Of a stretch of DNA of 64,000 nucleotides, positions 18,047 through 28,094 are shown in pieces (the first letter of the stretch is position 1; every line of letters begins with the position of its first letter). The stretch comes from Alphaproteobacteria bacterium (lineage in GTDB: Bacteria; Pseudomonadota; Alphaproteobacteria; UBA828), in NCBI GenBank assembly GCA_965220745.1, contig CBDCQT010000013.1:352001-416000 (forward strand), given 5' to 3'. Both the position numbers and the translations under genes were made by a program. The notes under the pieces were generated by a model. That model was not told the origin of the DNA. It saw only the letters and a list, made by a program, of their open reading frames with translations, and made no database searches.

Positions 18047-19339
18047 ATGAACAGCGGAAACATCTTCAGGAACTTCAGTTCTTCGCGCCGGCAGTTCCTC
18101 AAGCAGTCGGCGGCGCTGGCTGCGGCGGTCGGCGTGGCGCCGGCGGCGCTTAGCGCAGGAGGGGGCAGCGCAAATGCCGCATCGACCGGCGCTGACTATG
18201 CCAACGAGCTTTGGGAAAAGACCAAGGCCGATCTCGCCGGCATGAGCGATATCCGCATGGACCTCAACCTGCACTCGTGGGAGGGTTACACCGAAGAGCC
18301 GGTGCTCGACCCCTTCAGCCGCCAGACCGGAGCGAACGTAAACCCGCAGATGCTGATCTCGGACCCCGCAGCCGTGAACAACCTGCGCGGCGGCGGCACC
18401 TCGACCTGGGACGTGATCAACCTCAACAACTCCTGGCAGCGCAATCAGCTGTTCCCCGAGGGTCTGATCACGCCGCTCGACAAGGACAAGTTCGCGCCGC
18501 TCTATGACATGAACGTGACGGGTTTCGAGTGGCCCTATCATTGGGCGCTCGACGACAGCGGCGAGCACCTGCTCGGCATGCTCCAGCGCTATGGCCCCGC
18601 GGGCCTGGCGGTCAGTACCGACGCCGTCGATCCGCAGACGATGGAGAGCGGCGGTTACATGGAGATGATCGAGGGCGCCAAGGGCCAGTACGGTATCCTC
18701 GACTACGAGAACTGGGTGATCATGCACACCTGCATCGCGTCGGGTTTCATCCCCTTCCGCGAGCACACCGCCGACGAAATGGCCGCCTTCGAGGAGAACA
18801 TCTTCAAGCTCTTCGAGAACGCCAAGAAGGTCTCGGACGACCAGGCGGCGCTGGCCCGCGACATGATCACCGGCGAGATCATCGGGACCTACCCCGGCTC
18901 GGTCTACACCGTCTCGGCCGCCAGGCTCGAGGGCGAGACTCAGCTCGTGAACGTCGTGCCCGCGGAAGGTCCAGAGGAAACCAAGACCGCCGAACGGCCA
19001 AACGGCCAGGGCGGCATCGTCTGGATCGAGATCACCTCGCTCGTCAACAACCCCAACCCGACGCCGCTGGCCGAAGCGTTCCTGATTTACTGTCATACGC
19101 CCGAGGCCGCCTACAAGGTGGCCGCCAAGGCGCCAGGTACGCTGAATCCGGTGGTGCAAATGGGTGCGCCAGAGGTGTTGAGCCAGTTCTCTCAGGACGA
19201 GCTAGAGGCCGTGCATTGGGGCGAGGAGGGCAGCTGGCTGGCCTCGCTGGTCGATCGCTGCATCGACTTCGACATCAACCCCGACTACGACGCAATGCAC
19301 GACCTCTACACCCAGGCGAAACGCGCGCGCGGCGCCTGA
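18047..19339 (+). CDS. PotD/PotF-family ABC substrate-binding protein with Tat signal
   Basis: SSRRQFLKQSAALAAAVG; LHSWEGYTEEPVLDPF; WDVINLNN; GGAGG RBS. Confidence 0.85.
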   Translation: MNSGNIFRNFSSSRRQFLKQSAALAAAVGVAPAALSAGGGSANAASTGADYANELWEKTKADLAGMSDIRMDLNLHSWEGYTEEPVLDPFSRQTGANVNPQMLISDPAAVNNLRGGGTSTWDVINLNNSWQRNQLFPEGLITPLDKDKFAPLYDMNVTGFEWPYHWALDDSGEHLLGMLQRYGPAGLAVSTDAVDPQTMESGGYMEMIEGAKGQYGILDYENWVIMHTCIASGFIPFREHTADEMAAFEENIFKLFENAKKVSDDQAALARDMITGEIIGTYPGSVYTVSAARLEGETQLVNVVPAEGPEETKTAERPNGQGGIVWIEITSLVNNPNPTPLAEAFLIYCHTPEAAYKVAAKAPGTLNPVVQMGAPEVLSQFSQDELEAVHWGEEGSWLASLVDRCIDFDINPDYDAMHDLYTQAKRARGA

Positions 19340-19409
19340 TCGCTACCTGTCGGTACGGGCGGTCCGCCGCCCGCACCGGCACCCGTGCATACCTGGAGCC
19401 CAGTGCGCG

Positions 19410-20486
19410 ATGGCCGCAGCCCCGCCCATCTTGCAACTCAGGAACATCGTCAAGAGCTTCGGCAGCCTGAATGCGGTCGATGGCGTGAGCCTCGACATCG
19501 TGGAGGGCGAGCTCTTCACCATCGTCGGCCCCTCGGGTTCCGGCAAGACGACGCTCATCCGCATGTTGGTGGGCATGGACAAGCCGACCGCCGGCGACAT
19601 TCTGCTCAGGGGCAAGCGGATCAACGACGTGCCCGCCAACAAGCGCCCGACCTGCATGGTATTCCAGTCGCTGGCGCTGTTCCCGCACATGAGCGTCGGC
19701 GAGAACGTCGAGTATTCGGCCAAGTGCAAGGGCATCGGGAGGAAGGAGCGGCGGGAGCGTGCCGCCGAGTGCCTGAAGCTCTCCCACCTGCCACAGAGCT
19801 ACTACGACAAGCCGGTCACGCAGTGCTCGGGCGGCGAGCGACAGCGGGTCGCGTTGGCCCGCGCGCTGGCCTTCAATCCCGAGATCCTGTTCTTCGACGA
19901 GCCGCTGTCCGCAATCGATTACCGCCTCCGCAAGACGCTGGAGAAGGAGCTCAAGGACATCCAGCGCGAGACGGGAAAGACCTTCGTCTACATCACCCAC
20001 AGCCTGGAGGAGGCGATGGTGATGTCCGACCGCATCGGCGTCATGCGCGAAGGCAAGCTCTCCCAGGTCGGCAGCCCGGCGACGATCTACACCCAGCCGG
20101 AGAACCGCTTCGTCACCGAGTTCATGGGCGAGGTGAACTCGCTCCCCGTGCAGCTTGCCGATGACGGGAGGCTCCACTGCGAGGCGCTCGACGCCAGCTT
20201 CGAGCCGCCCGCCGGAATGCCGCCGGGCTTCAGCCGCGGCGTGCTGATCGTACGGCCGGAGAACGTCGCGATCTCGGACGACCCTGAGCCGGCGGCGGGT
20301 GGGAACCTGATTCGGGGCGAGCTCTTCAACGAGTATCTGCTTGGCTCCCGCATCCAGTACCAGGTGAGAAGCGGCGCGATGGTCTTCCTCATCGAGGAAC
20401 TGCGCGCCGATGCCGTCGCTCGCATTCCGGGTGCCGAGGTGACGCTTTCGTGGCAGCCGGGCGATTCGATGGTCTTCCCGGAATGA
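19410..20486 (+). CDS. PotA-like ABC ATP-binding protein
   Basis: GPSGSGKT, VFQSLALFPHMSV, SGGERQRVALARAL, C-terminal TOBE domain. Confidence 0.9.
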   Translation: MAAAPPILQLRNIVKSFGSLNAVDGVSLDIVEGELFTIVGPSGSGKTTLIRMLVGMDKPTAGDILLRGKRINDVPANKRPTCMVFQSLALFPHMSVGENVEYSAKCKGIGRKERRERAAECLKLSHLPQSYYDKPVTQCSGGERQRVALARALAFNPEILFFDEPLSAIDYRLRKTLEKELKDIQRETGKTFVYITHSLEEAMVMSDRIGVMREGKLSQVGSPATIYTQPENRFVTEFMGEVNSLPVQLADDGRLHCEALDASFEPPAGMPPGFSRGVLIVRPENVAISDDPEPAAGGNLIRGELFNEYLLGSRIQYQVRSGAMVFLIEELRADAVARIPGAEVTLSWQPGDSMVFPE

Positions 20487-21391
20487 CCGAGGCGGCGATC
20501 GAGACCCTGGCGGAAGACCCGGAGCGCCCGCGGCGAAAGCTGCTGCCGTGGAAGGTGTCCGAAGGCTTCGTCGCGGCGCTGCCGATCATCATCCTCCTGT
20601 TCATCGGCTTCATCGGCCCGATGGCGCTGGTGCTGATCTACAGCTTCATGCCGCGCGGCAGCTTCTCCATCCCGGGTTCGCCGTCGCTGGAAAACTACGT
20701 CGATATCGTCGAGCAGGACTTCTATATCTCCTTCGCTTGGTCGCTCTTCCTCGCCTTCATCAGCGTCGTGATCTTGCTCATCGTCTGCTATCCGCTGGCG
20801 GTGGCGCTCAGACGGATCAAAGGGCGCCGGGCCCACCTGCTGACTTTGCTGATCGTGGCGCCGCTCTTCGTCGCCGAGAACATCCGGCTGCAAGGCTGGG
20901 TGCTCTTCTTCGACAAGGGCGGCTTCCTCGACGGTGCGCTGAAGGTGGTGACCGGGCTGGAGACCGGGAGCCTGGTCAACAACGTGCCGGCCATCGTCTT
21001 TGGCATTTGCTACATCTACCTGCCGTTCATGCTATTCCCGATCCTGCTGGGGCTCGGCAACGTGCCCAGGGAGGCGCGCGAAGCGGCCTACGACCTGGGC
21101 GGCTCGCGCTGGCGGGTTTTTCGGGACATCGAGCTGCCGCTTGCGATGCCGGGAATCCTGATTGGCTCGCTGCTCTGCTTCGTGATCTCGCTCGGCGCCT
21201 TCAACGAGGCCAAGTTCCTCGGCAAGGGCGTGATCGTCACCGTCGCGCAGGACATCGAGTCCGCCTTCACCTTTGGGCAGAACTGGCCGCGCGGCTCCGC
21301 GCTCTCGGTGCTGATGATCGTGCTGGCGGGGTCCGCCGTGTGGCTCGCGATGCGACGGGTGAACCTCGATCGAATGCTGGGAAGACGCTAG
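20483..21391 (+). CDS. PotB-like ABC permease
   Basis: YLPFMLFPI, EAAYDLGGSRWRVF, NWPRGSALS; ATG overlaps the upstream stop. Confidence 0.88.
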   Translation: MTEAAIETLAEDPERPRRKLLPWKVSEGFVAALPIIILLFIGFIGPMALVLIYSFMPRGSFSIPGSPSLENYVDIVEQDFYISFAWSLFLAFISVVILLIVCYPLAVALRRIKGRRAHLLTLLIVAPLFVAENIRLQGWVLFFDKGGFLDGALKVVTGLETGSLVNNVPAIVFGICYIYLPFMLFPILLGLGNVPREAREAAYDLGGSRWRVFRDIELPLAMPGILIGSLLCFVISLGAFNEAKFLGKGVIVTVAQDIESAFTFGQNWPRGSALSVLMIVLAGSAVWLAMRRVNLDRMLGRR

Positions 21392-21394
21392 GCC

Positions 21395-22192
21395 GTGGGC
21401 ACCATCGACAGGCTGCTCACCCGCCGACTGCTGGCCGCTTACATCGCCGTCATCCTGGTGATCATGTACATCCCGATGGTGATCGTCGGGCTGGCGTCGA
21501 TCTCCAAGTCGCGCTTCTTCCTGTTCCCGATGAAGCGAACCTCGTCGAAATGGTACGAGATGACGTGGGACTCGCTGCAGGTGCACGAGAGCTTCCTCAC
21601 GTCGCTGACGATCGCCGTCTGTGTGGCACTGATCTCGGTGATCCTGGCCTTCTTCGGCGCGCTTGCCTATGCCCGCTACGACTGGCGCGGGCGCAAACTC
21701 TTCCAGCAAGTGCTGCTGATCCCGATCTTCTTCCCCCAGGCGGTACTGGGGCTTGCGCTGCAGCTCTGGTTCAATTCCATCGGCATCCAGATGTCCTGGC
21801 AGTCGACGGTGTTTGCCCAGCTCGTCTGGATCGTGCCGATTGTGACGCTGGTGATCGCGATTCAGGCCTACGGCTACGATTCGGCGGTGGAGGAGGCGGC
21901 CTACGACCTCGGCGCCTCCCGCTGGCAGATTTTCCGAACCATCACGTTGCCCTTGCTCGGACCCGGCATCTTCGCCGGGTTCTTGTTCGCGGTGCTGCTC
22001 TCGTGGGGTAACTTCCCGCTCGCCTATTTCACCAGCGGGGCCGATGTCACTGTGCCCGAATGGCTCTACGGCAAGATGATCGGCGGCTATACGCCCATGG
22101 TGCCGGCGGTCGGGCTGATCACGGTGGTGCTGGGCGGAATCATTCTCGCGGTCGGGCTCACCATCAACGGGATGCTTCAGCGGCGCGACTGA
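21395..22192 (+). CDS. PotC-like ABC permease
   Basis: EEAAYDLGASRWQIFRTITLPLLGPGI EAA motif; hydrophobic. Confidence 0.88.
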   Translation: MGTIDRLLTRRLLAAYIAVILVIMYIPMVIVGLASISKSRFFLFPMKRTSSKWYEMTWDSLQVHESFLTSLTIAVCVALISVILAFFGALAYARYDWRGRKLFQQVLLIPIFFPQAVLGLALQLWFNSIGIQMSWQSTVFAQLVWIVPIVTLVIAIQAYGYDSAVEEAAYDLGASRWQIFRTITLPLLGPGIFAGFLFAVLLSWGNFPLAYFTSGADVTVPEWLYGKMIGGYTPMVPAVGLITVVLGGIILAVGLTINGMLQRRD

Positions 22193-23321
22193 CCGCGAAT
22201 TCCGCGACTGCATCGGGATTCAACGTCACGCCGAGGCCGGGGCCGGTCGGGACCGGGATCATTCCGTCGGCGTCGATCGGCGCGAGACCCCGCACCAGGT
22301 CCTGCCGCAGGCGCGACGGGCTCGTCGAATACTCGACAAGTTCGGGCTCCGACTGCGCGGCCAGGAATTGCAGATTGGCCGCGATGGTGATGTCGGTGTT
22401 GTAGGCGTGGGGCACGATGCGCCGGCCGGTGCCGTCCAGCATCTGCGCGAGCCGCAGCGCCTCGGTGAAGCCGCCGAAGTTAGTGAGATCCGGCTGCGCG
22501 ATGTCGAAAGCGCCGGCCGCGAGGAAGGGCTTGAACTCCCTGCAAGTGGTGAGGCCCAGGTCGCCGACACCGATGGGGATGTGCGTGGCGGCGCGGAGCT
22601 GCGCGTGGTCCTCTACATTGTCGAGGGGGAAGGGCGCCTCGATCCAGGCGAAGTCCAGCGCGGCCAGCAGGTCGAGGAAGGGTTCAAGCTGCTCGAATCG
22701 GGTGTACTCCTGTGCGACATCGAGCATCAGACCGCGCTGCGGTCCCGCCAGGTCGCGCAGGTGAGTCAGGTTTCGCCGCACCCGGTCCGGCTCGTTCCAC
22801 CATGGCTCGACGCAGATCTTGAGGTGGCGGAAGCCCCGTTCCAGCAGCGGCACGACTTGCGCATCGATGCGCGCGGGCGTGTCTTCGAGGGGATAGATGG
22901 TCGCGTAGGCGGGGAGGCGGTCGTGACGAGAGCCGCCCAGCGCCTCGGAGACGGGGACATCTTTCGATTGTGCGGAGAGGTCCCAGATGGCGATATCGAG
23001 CGCGCTGATCGCATGCATCGCCGCGCCGCGCCGGCCGTGCCACTGCGTGCGCGCGTACATTTCGTCCCAGAGGCGGCTTGGGTCGTTCACCCACTGCCCG
23101 GTGACGATGTCGGCCAGCCCCTCGGACCGCTGGTTGTAGGACGGCATCTCGATCAGGGCCTTCACGAGTTCGGGCGGCGCGTCGCTCTCGCCGATGCCTA
23201 CGAGCCCGTTATCGCCATGAACGAGGACGACGACGTTCCGATAGCTGCCCTCGAAGCGGTAGTAGTCGGCTTGCGGGTCCTGCAGGCAGAGGACCTCCAC
23301 CCGTTCGATCGTCACGGTCAT
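22164..23321 (-). CDS. Mandelate racemase/muconate lactonizing enzyme (enolase superfamily) protein
   Basis: ISALDIAIWDL, LMLDV, WIEAPF, QPDL..GGFTE, VPH, PTGPGLG. Confidence 0.88.
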   Translation of the reverse strand: MTVTIERVEVLCLQDPQADYYRFEGSYRNVVVLVHGDNGLVGIGESDAPPELVKALIEMPSYNQRSEGLADIVTGQWVNDPSRLWDEMYARTQWHGRRGAAMHAISALDIAIWDLSAQSKDVPVSEALGGSRHDRLPAYATIYPLEDTPARIDAQVVPLLERGFRHLKICVEPWWNEPDRVRRNLTHLRDLAGPQRGLMLDVAQEYTRFEQLEPFLDLLAALDFAWIEAPFPLDNVEDHAQLRAATHIPIGVGDLGLTTCREFKPFLAAGAFDIAQPDLTNFGGFTEALRLAQMLDGTGRRIVPHAYNTDITIAANLQFLAAQSEPELVEYSTSPSRLRQDLVRGLAPIDADGMIPVPTGPGLGVTLNPDAVAEFAVSRAAEASR

Positions 23322-24442
23322 GTCGAGAACACGCGCCGGGCGTAGACGAAGGGCTCGATCCGGCCCCAGTCCATCTCAATACCCAGCCCCGGCAGATCGC
23401 TTGGGTGGACGAAGCCGTTCGCGTCCGGGCGGATAACCTGTCGCGCGCCGAACTCGTACTTCTCGAACGGCGCCGCCTGTTCGAAATGGGTGCAGTGCGG
23501 ATGAGCAAGCATGAAGTGCAGGTTCGCCGCTTGCGTGAGCGTGTACCCCCAGCTTTGCACTTCGCACGCCTTGCCGTGAGCGCGCGTGACCTCTGCCACC
23601 TCGCCGGCGCCGGTGAACCCGCCGATACCGGTCACGTCGAAGCGGCTGCGATCCCAGGCACCCATCTCCAACGCGTACCCGATGAGTTGTGGGTGGGGAA
23701 GACTGTTACCGCCGCAGATCACGTCCAATTCGAGCGTATCCGCAAGCTTCCTGTAGCTGCTTAAGTCCGCATCAGGTAGCGGCGCTTCGAAGAACTTCCA
23801 GCCCGACGTGTCCAAGAAACGACCCATACGAAGTGCCTGGTCGAGCGAATACATCCCGTCCACGTCCAGGCTCCAGTCAACCTTCCGCCCCGCGAATTCC
23901 TCGACGAGTGTACTGACCAAACGGATGTCGTCGTCGAACACGCAAAAAGGATGAATCTTAATGGCCCGATAACCGAGCTCCAACATGTCACAGCAATAGT
24001 CTACATAATCTCGATCTGTCGGCAGTAACGGGCTCGACGCGTAGGCGCGAGTATCCTGTCGGGCGGCGCCGAGCATTCGGTATAGCGGCAGATCTTTCGA
24101 TTTGGCCTTGCCGTCATGCAGCGCGATGTCGAAGAGCGATGTCGCCGTATGCCCGAGAGGGACGTAACGCTTTCTCATATCCGCGTAGGCGGCCCTAATG
24201 TCGAACGCATCGCGTCCCAGCACGAACGGCGCCATCAGGGCCGTCGCGTGAAACGTCGCCCTGTCGAACTCGTGCTCGGTATAGGTCGTGGTTCCGGCAA
24301 TGGCCTCCACGCCGTTGGAGAGGAGCAGCCGAGCGACGATTAGCGCTTCGTACATGGGTCCGAGGTGCGATGACCACGTCACCCTTTCGCCATCGGGCCC
24401 GATCGCCAGCAACTCGATCCGTTCGACGATTACAGAGGGCAT
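23318..24442 (-). CDS. Enolase superfamily (mandelate racemase-like) protein
   Basis: FDIALHD, YRAIKIH (KxH), SLDVD, FFEAPL, PGLGIE; coupled to the downstream paralog. Confidence 0.85.
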   Translation of the reverse strand: MPSVIVERIELLAIGPDGERVTWSSHLGPMYEALIVARLLLSNGVEAIAGTTTYTEHEFDRATFHATALMAPFVLGRDAFDIRAAYADMRKRYVPLGHTATSLFDIALHDGKAKSKDLPLYRMLGAARQDTRAYASSPLLPTDRDYVDYCCDMLELGYRAIKIHPFCVFDDDIRLVSTLVEEFAGRKVDWSLDVDGMYSLDQALRMGRFLDTSGWKFFEAPLPDADLSSYRKLADTLELDVICGGNSLPHPQLIGYALEMGAWDRSRFDVTGIGGFTGAGEVAEVTRAHGKACEVQSWGYTLTQAANLHFMLAHPHCTHFEQAAPFEKYEFGARQVIRPDANGFVHPSDLPGLGIEMDWGRIEPFVYARRVFST

Positions 24443-24506
24443 TTCTGCTGTCTCATCAGATGAAAAAATATGTGTAAACTAGTTCATATAAATCATATTC
24501 TGTCAC

Positions 24507-25847
24507 TTATGCGAACGTTCCGGCCTTCATCCTCTCGGAGACCGCGACACCATCGATCTCCTGGAACGTCAGGTCGTCCCGGATGGACATGTCGGCGGCG
24601 ACTGCGGCTGCGCGGCCGTACTCGAAGCACTGTGCCGTGACTCGACAGCTCGCCAGCGCCTCATGCTCGGCGCTGAGGCAACGGCCGGCGACGATGACGT
24701 TACGGCCTTCCTTGGGCACCAGGATGCCGAACGGCACCTCGTAGTAGTCGTCGACCAGCCATTCCGTCTTCGGCTTGGCGCCGTAGTGAAGCTCGATGGG
24801 CCAGCTCGAGCGAGCGATGGCGTCGGCCCTCTTGCTCGTGCCCACCACATCGCTGTTCATGAGGCGCGCCATGCCGTCGATGGAGCGGGTCTGACGCACG
24901 CCGACTTCCGCACCGTAATCGATGAAATAGGCGTCTTCGCAGCCGGGAACGTGCTCTTTGAGAAAATCGAAAAAGGCTCGTGCTTGATAGATGGAGAACT
25001 GCTCCGCCTCGGTATGATCCACCGGATCGGTAACATCGAGCGCGCGCCCATCGAAGCCGGTAATCTTGGTCGCGTTGACCAGAACTTCGCGCGGATTGAC
25101 GGTGGGAAACAACCAAACTTTCTTGCGCACGAGTTCGTCGCGCGCTTCCAGCATCGAAATGACCTTGGGCGGCGAAATAGTATCCTCACCCCAATAATCG
25201 AGATAACGCTCGACATCGACGTTGCCGATCTTGAACATCATCGTTGGATTTTGGATGACGCCGTTGTTGCCCTTGGTCGTGTGCAAACCCATCTTGAAGA
25301 CGGCATCGGCATCGCCGCTGGCGTCGATGACCCGCTCGGCGCTCACTCTGGTGTAACCGGACTTGGTGTGGAGGACGAGGCCGGCGAGGGCGTCGTCCTC
25401 GACGATCACGTCGATCATCTGAGTGTGGTAGAGGGCATCCACGCCGGCGCCGCGCACAAGATCGGTGGCCACGCGCTTGTAAGTGGCGCAGTCGTGCGTG
25501 ACGACCCAGGTCTTGCCGTAGATCTGCGGCCGGGTGACGCCGCCCTCGGCCTCGAGCGCCGCGCGAAAACGCTCGGCGAAGCCGAAGATGACCTGCTGGG
25601 GCTGCGCCGTGCGCGGCTCGTCCACCGTCATGTAGAGTCCGCAAACGGTGCCCGACATGCCGGAGACCGCCGCGCCGCCGCAATAGCCCAGGCGCTCGAT
25701 CAGGAGCGTCTTGTGGCCCAGCTCGGCAGCGGTGGTGGACGCGGCGATCCCGGCCGGCCCGCCGCCGACGACCACCACGTCGTAGTGCCCGAAGTGCGGC
25801 ACGTCCTCGAAGGCGGCGGCGCCCAGGCGCCCGAGATACCGTTCCAT
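24507..25847 (-). CDS. FAD-dependent oxidoreductase (FAD_oxidored family)
   Basis: VVGGGPAG, IDASGDAD, GVRQTR, YEVPFGILVP, VAGRCLSAEHEALASCRV. Confidence 0.85.
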   Translation of the reverse strand: MERYLGRLGAAAFEDVPHFGHYDVVVVGGGPAGIAASTTAAELGHKTLLIERLGYCGGAAVSGMSGTVCGLYMTVDEPRTAQPQQVIFGFAERFRAALEAEGGVTRPQIYGKTWVVTHDCATYKRVATDLVRGAGVDALYHTQMIDVIVEDDALAGLVLHTKSGYTRVSAERVIDASGDADAVFKMGLHTTKGNNGVIQNPTMMFKIGNVDVERYLDYWGEDTISPPKVISMLEARDELVRKKVWLFPTVNPREVLVNATKITGFDGRALDVTDPVDHTEAEQFSIYQARAFFDFLKEHVPGCEDAYFIDYGAEVGVRQTRSIDGMARLMNSDVVGTSKRADAIARSSWPIELHYGAKPKTEWLVDDYYEVPFGILVPKEGRNVIVAGRCLSAEHEALASCRVTAQCFEYGRAAAVAADMSIRDDLTFQEIDGVAVSERMKAGTFA

Positions 25848-26005
25848 GCGTCAGGCTCAGGAGAGGAGGCGGCGCATTTGGCGCACGGTTATCGAAAGTG
25901 CGCAACTGGATTCCAGGGCTCCACTGTCGCTGCCGGAACCCGGCGCGGCTATCCTGCACGCGCCGATAGACGACAGACGCGCGCCTTGTAGTGGAGAGCA
26001 GGAAC

Positions 26006-28054
26006 ATGACCGAAACGGCGCCGGTTTCCCACGACGCCACGGGCGATCCGCTGCTGCAGCCCTTCAGACTGAAGCACCTCACTCTCAAGAACCGCATCAT
26101 GAGCACCAGCCACGCGTGCGGGCTGGTCGAGGATGGCATTCCGAGCGAGCGCTACCAGCGCTACCACGAGGCCAAGGCGAGAGGCGGGCTGGCGCTCACC
26201 ATGTTCGGTGGCTCATCCAACGTCTCGCCGGAGTCTGCGTGGAGCCTGCCGCAGATCAACCTGTACGACGAGCGCGTCGTCGAGCATTTCCAGCGGTTCT
26301 CGCGGCGCATCCACGCCCACGGCGCCGCCTTGATGTGCCAGGTGAGCCACGTCGGCGGGCGGAGCGAGCCCTATGCTGGGGCGGCGCTTGCGCCCATTGG
26401 CCCGTCGCCCGTGCGCGAGACCCTGCACCGGGCCTTCGCCAGGGAGATGGACGAGCACGACATCGCGCGCGTCGTGGCCGACTTCGCCGAGGCGGCGGCG
26501 CGGTGCAAGGAGGGCGGGCTCGACGGCATCGAGACATTCGCCGGCGCGCACCTGATCGGCCAGTTCCTCTCGCCCGCGACCAATCGGCGCACCGACCGCT
26601 ACGGCGGTTCGGTCGAGAACCGCTGCCGCTTCGGGCTGATGGTGCACGAGGCGATCCGCGAACGCGTCGGCGACGATTTCATCGTCGGCATCCGCTTCGT
26701 GATCGACGAGGCGGGACCGCACCACCTCACGTTCGATGACGGACTGAAGATCGCCGCCATCTTCGAGGCATCCGGCACCATCGACTTCTTCAACGCGATC
26801 TACGGCCGCATCGACACGGAGTTCAAGCTCGCGGCGGACTGCATGCCGGGCATGGCCTCGCCCGAGGCGCCGTTCCTGGCCCGCGCCGGCGCCTTCAAGC
26901 AGGCGGTGGGGCTTCCGGTCTTCCACGCGACGCGCATCACCTCGCTGGAGACAGCGCGGTACGCGATCCGCGACGGGTTGCTCGACATGGTGGCGATGAC
27001 CCGCGCGCACATTGCGGACCCCGAGCTGGTGGCGAAGCTCGCGCGCGGCGAAGGGGAGCGCGTGCGGCCCTGCGTCGGCGCGACCCATTGCATGAGCCCG
27101 CTGCGCCCGACCTGCATTCACAATCCCTCCACCGGCCACGAGGCGGCATTGCCGCACGTGATCGAGCGAGCGGCGACGAAGCGGCGGGTGCTGGTCGCGG
27201 GCGGCGGGCCGGCCGGGCTGGAGGCCGCGCGAGTCTGTGCCGAGCGCGGTCACGACGTGCGGCTTTGCGAGGCAACAGGGCGGCTCGGCGGGCAGGTGGT
27301 GCTGGCGGCGAAGGCAAGCTGGCGCGGCGAACTCGCGGGGATTGTCGAGTGGCGGGTCCGCGAACTGGAACGGCTCGACATCGTGGTGCGCCTCAACTGT
27401 CCCGTCGAGCCGAGCACGATTTCCCTGGACGATGCCGACGTTGTCATTGTCGCGACGGGTGGCGTTCCCGACCTCAACTGGATCGAGGGCGCGGAGCACT
27501 GCACCAGCGTCTGGGACATCCTCTCGGGTGCGGCGAGCGTCGGCGAGGACTCGATCGTCTATGACGGAACCGGACGCCACGCGGCGCTCACGGCGGCGGA
27601 GGCGATTCGGCAAGCCGGCGGTGAGGTCGCGTTCTTCGGCCTCGATGGCCATCTCGCGATGGAGATGTCCTACGCGGAGCAGGTCATCTGGCGGCGGCGT
27701 ACTTACGAGATTGGCATCAAGCCCAGGCTTGATCGGCGCCTGGAACGCGTCGAACGCGAGGGCAACCGGTTGCGCGTGACGTTCCGCAACGAGCTTACGG
27801 ACAAGGCGGAGGAACACGAGACCGGGCGCATCGTGGTCGAGCACGGGACGCGTCCCGCCAACGCCCTCTTTCACGGCCTGACGGATCGCTCCTCCAACCG
27901 CGGCGTAGTCGATCAGAAAGTGCTGCTATCAGGGGCGCCGCAGCCGGAGGCGGCGGACGGTGGCTTCCGACTCTTCCGTATCGGTGACGCGGTCTCCAGC
28001 CGCAACATCTACGCCGCCGTGCTCGACGCCTTCCGCCTCTGCCGGACGTTGTAG
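26006..28054 (+). CDS. Old-yellow-enzyme family NADH:flavin oxidoreductase (N-methylproline demethylase HpbA/StcD or DgcA-like)
   Basis: DPLLQPFRLKHLTLKNRIMSTSH, KARGGLALTM, QFLSPATNRRTDRYGGS, RPCVGATHC...CIHNPSTG (4Fe-4S), GGGPAGLEAA, RIGDAVSSRNI. Confidence 0.82.
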   Translation: MTETAPVSHDATGDPLLQPFRLKHLTLKNRIMSTSHACGLVEDGIPSERYQRYHEAKARGGLALTMFGGSSNVSPESAWSLPQINLYDERVVEHFQRFSRRIHAHGAALMCQVSHVGGRSEPYAGAALAPIGPSPVRETLHRAFAREMDEHDIARVVADFAEAAARCKEGGLDGIETFAGAHLIGQFLSPATNRRTDRYGGSVENRCRFGLMVHEAIRERVGDDFIVGIRFVIDEAGPHHLTFDDGLKIAAIFEASGTIDFFNAIYGRIDTEFKLAADCMPGMASPEAPFLARAGAFKQAVGLPVFHATRITSLETARYAIRDGLLDMVAMTRAHIADPELVAKLARGEGERVRPCVGATHCMSPLRPTCIHNPSTGHEAALPHVIERAATKRRVLVAGGGPAGLEAARVCAERGHDVRLCEATGRLGGQVVLAAKASWRGELAGIVEWRVRELERLDIVVRLNCPVEPSTISLDDADVVIVATGGVPDLNWIEGAEHCTSVWDILSGAASVGEDSIVYDGTGRHAALTAAEAIRQAGGEVAFFGLDGHLAMEMSYAEQVIWRRRTYEIGIKPRLDRRLERVEREGNRLRVTFRNELTDKAEEHETGRIVVEHGTRPANALFHGLTDRSSNRGVVDQKVLLSGAPQPEAADGGFRLFRIGDAVSSRNIYAAVLDAFRLCRTL

Positions 28055-28094
28055 AGGGTGGGGTAGGGCGCAGCCGTGCGGACCGCGCCCATTA

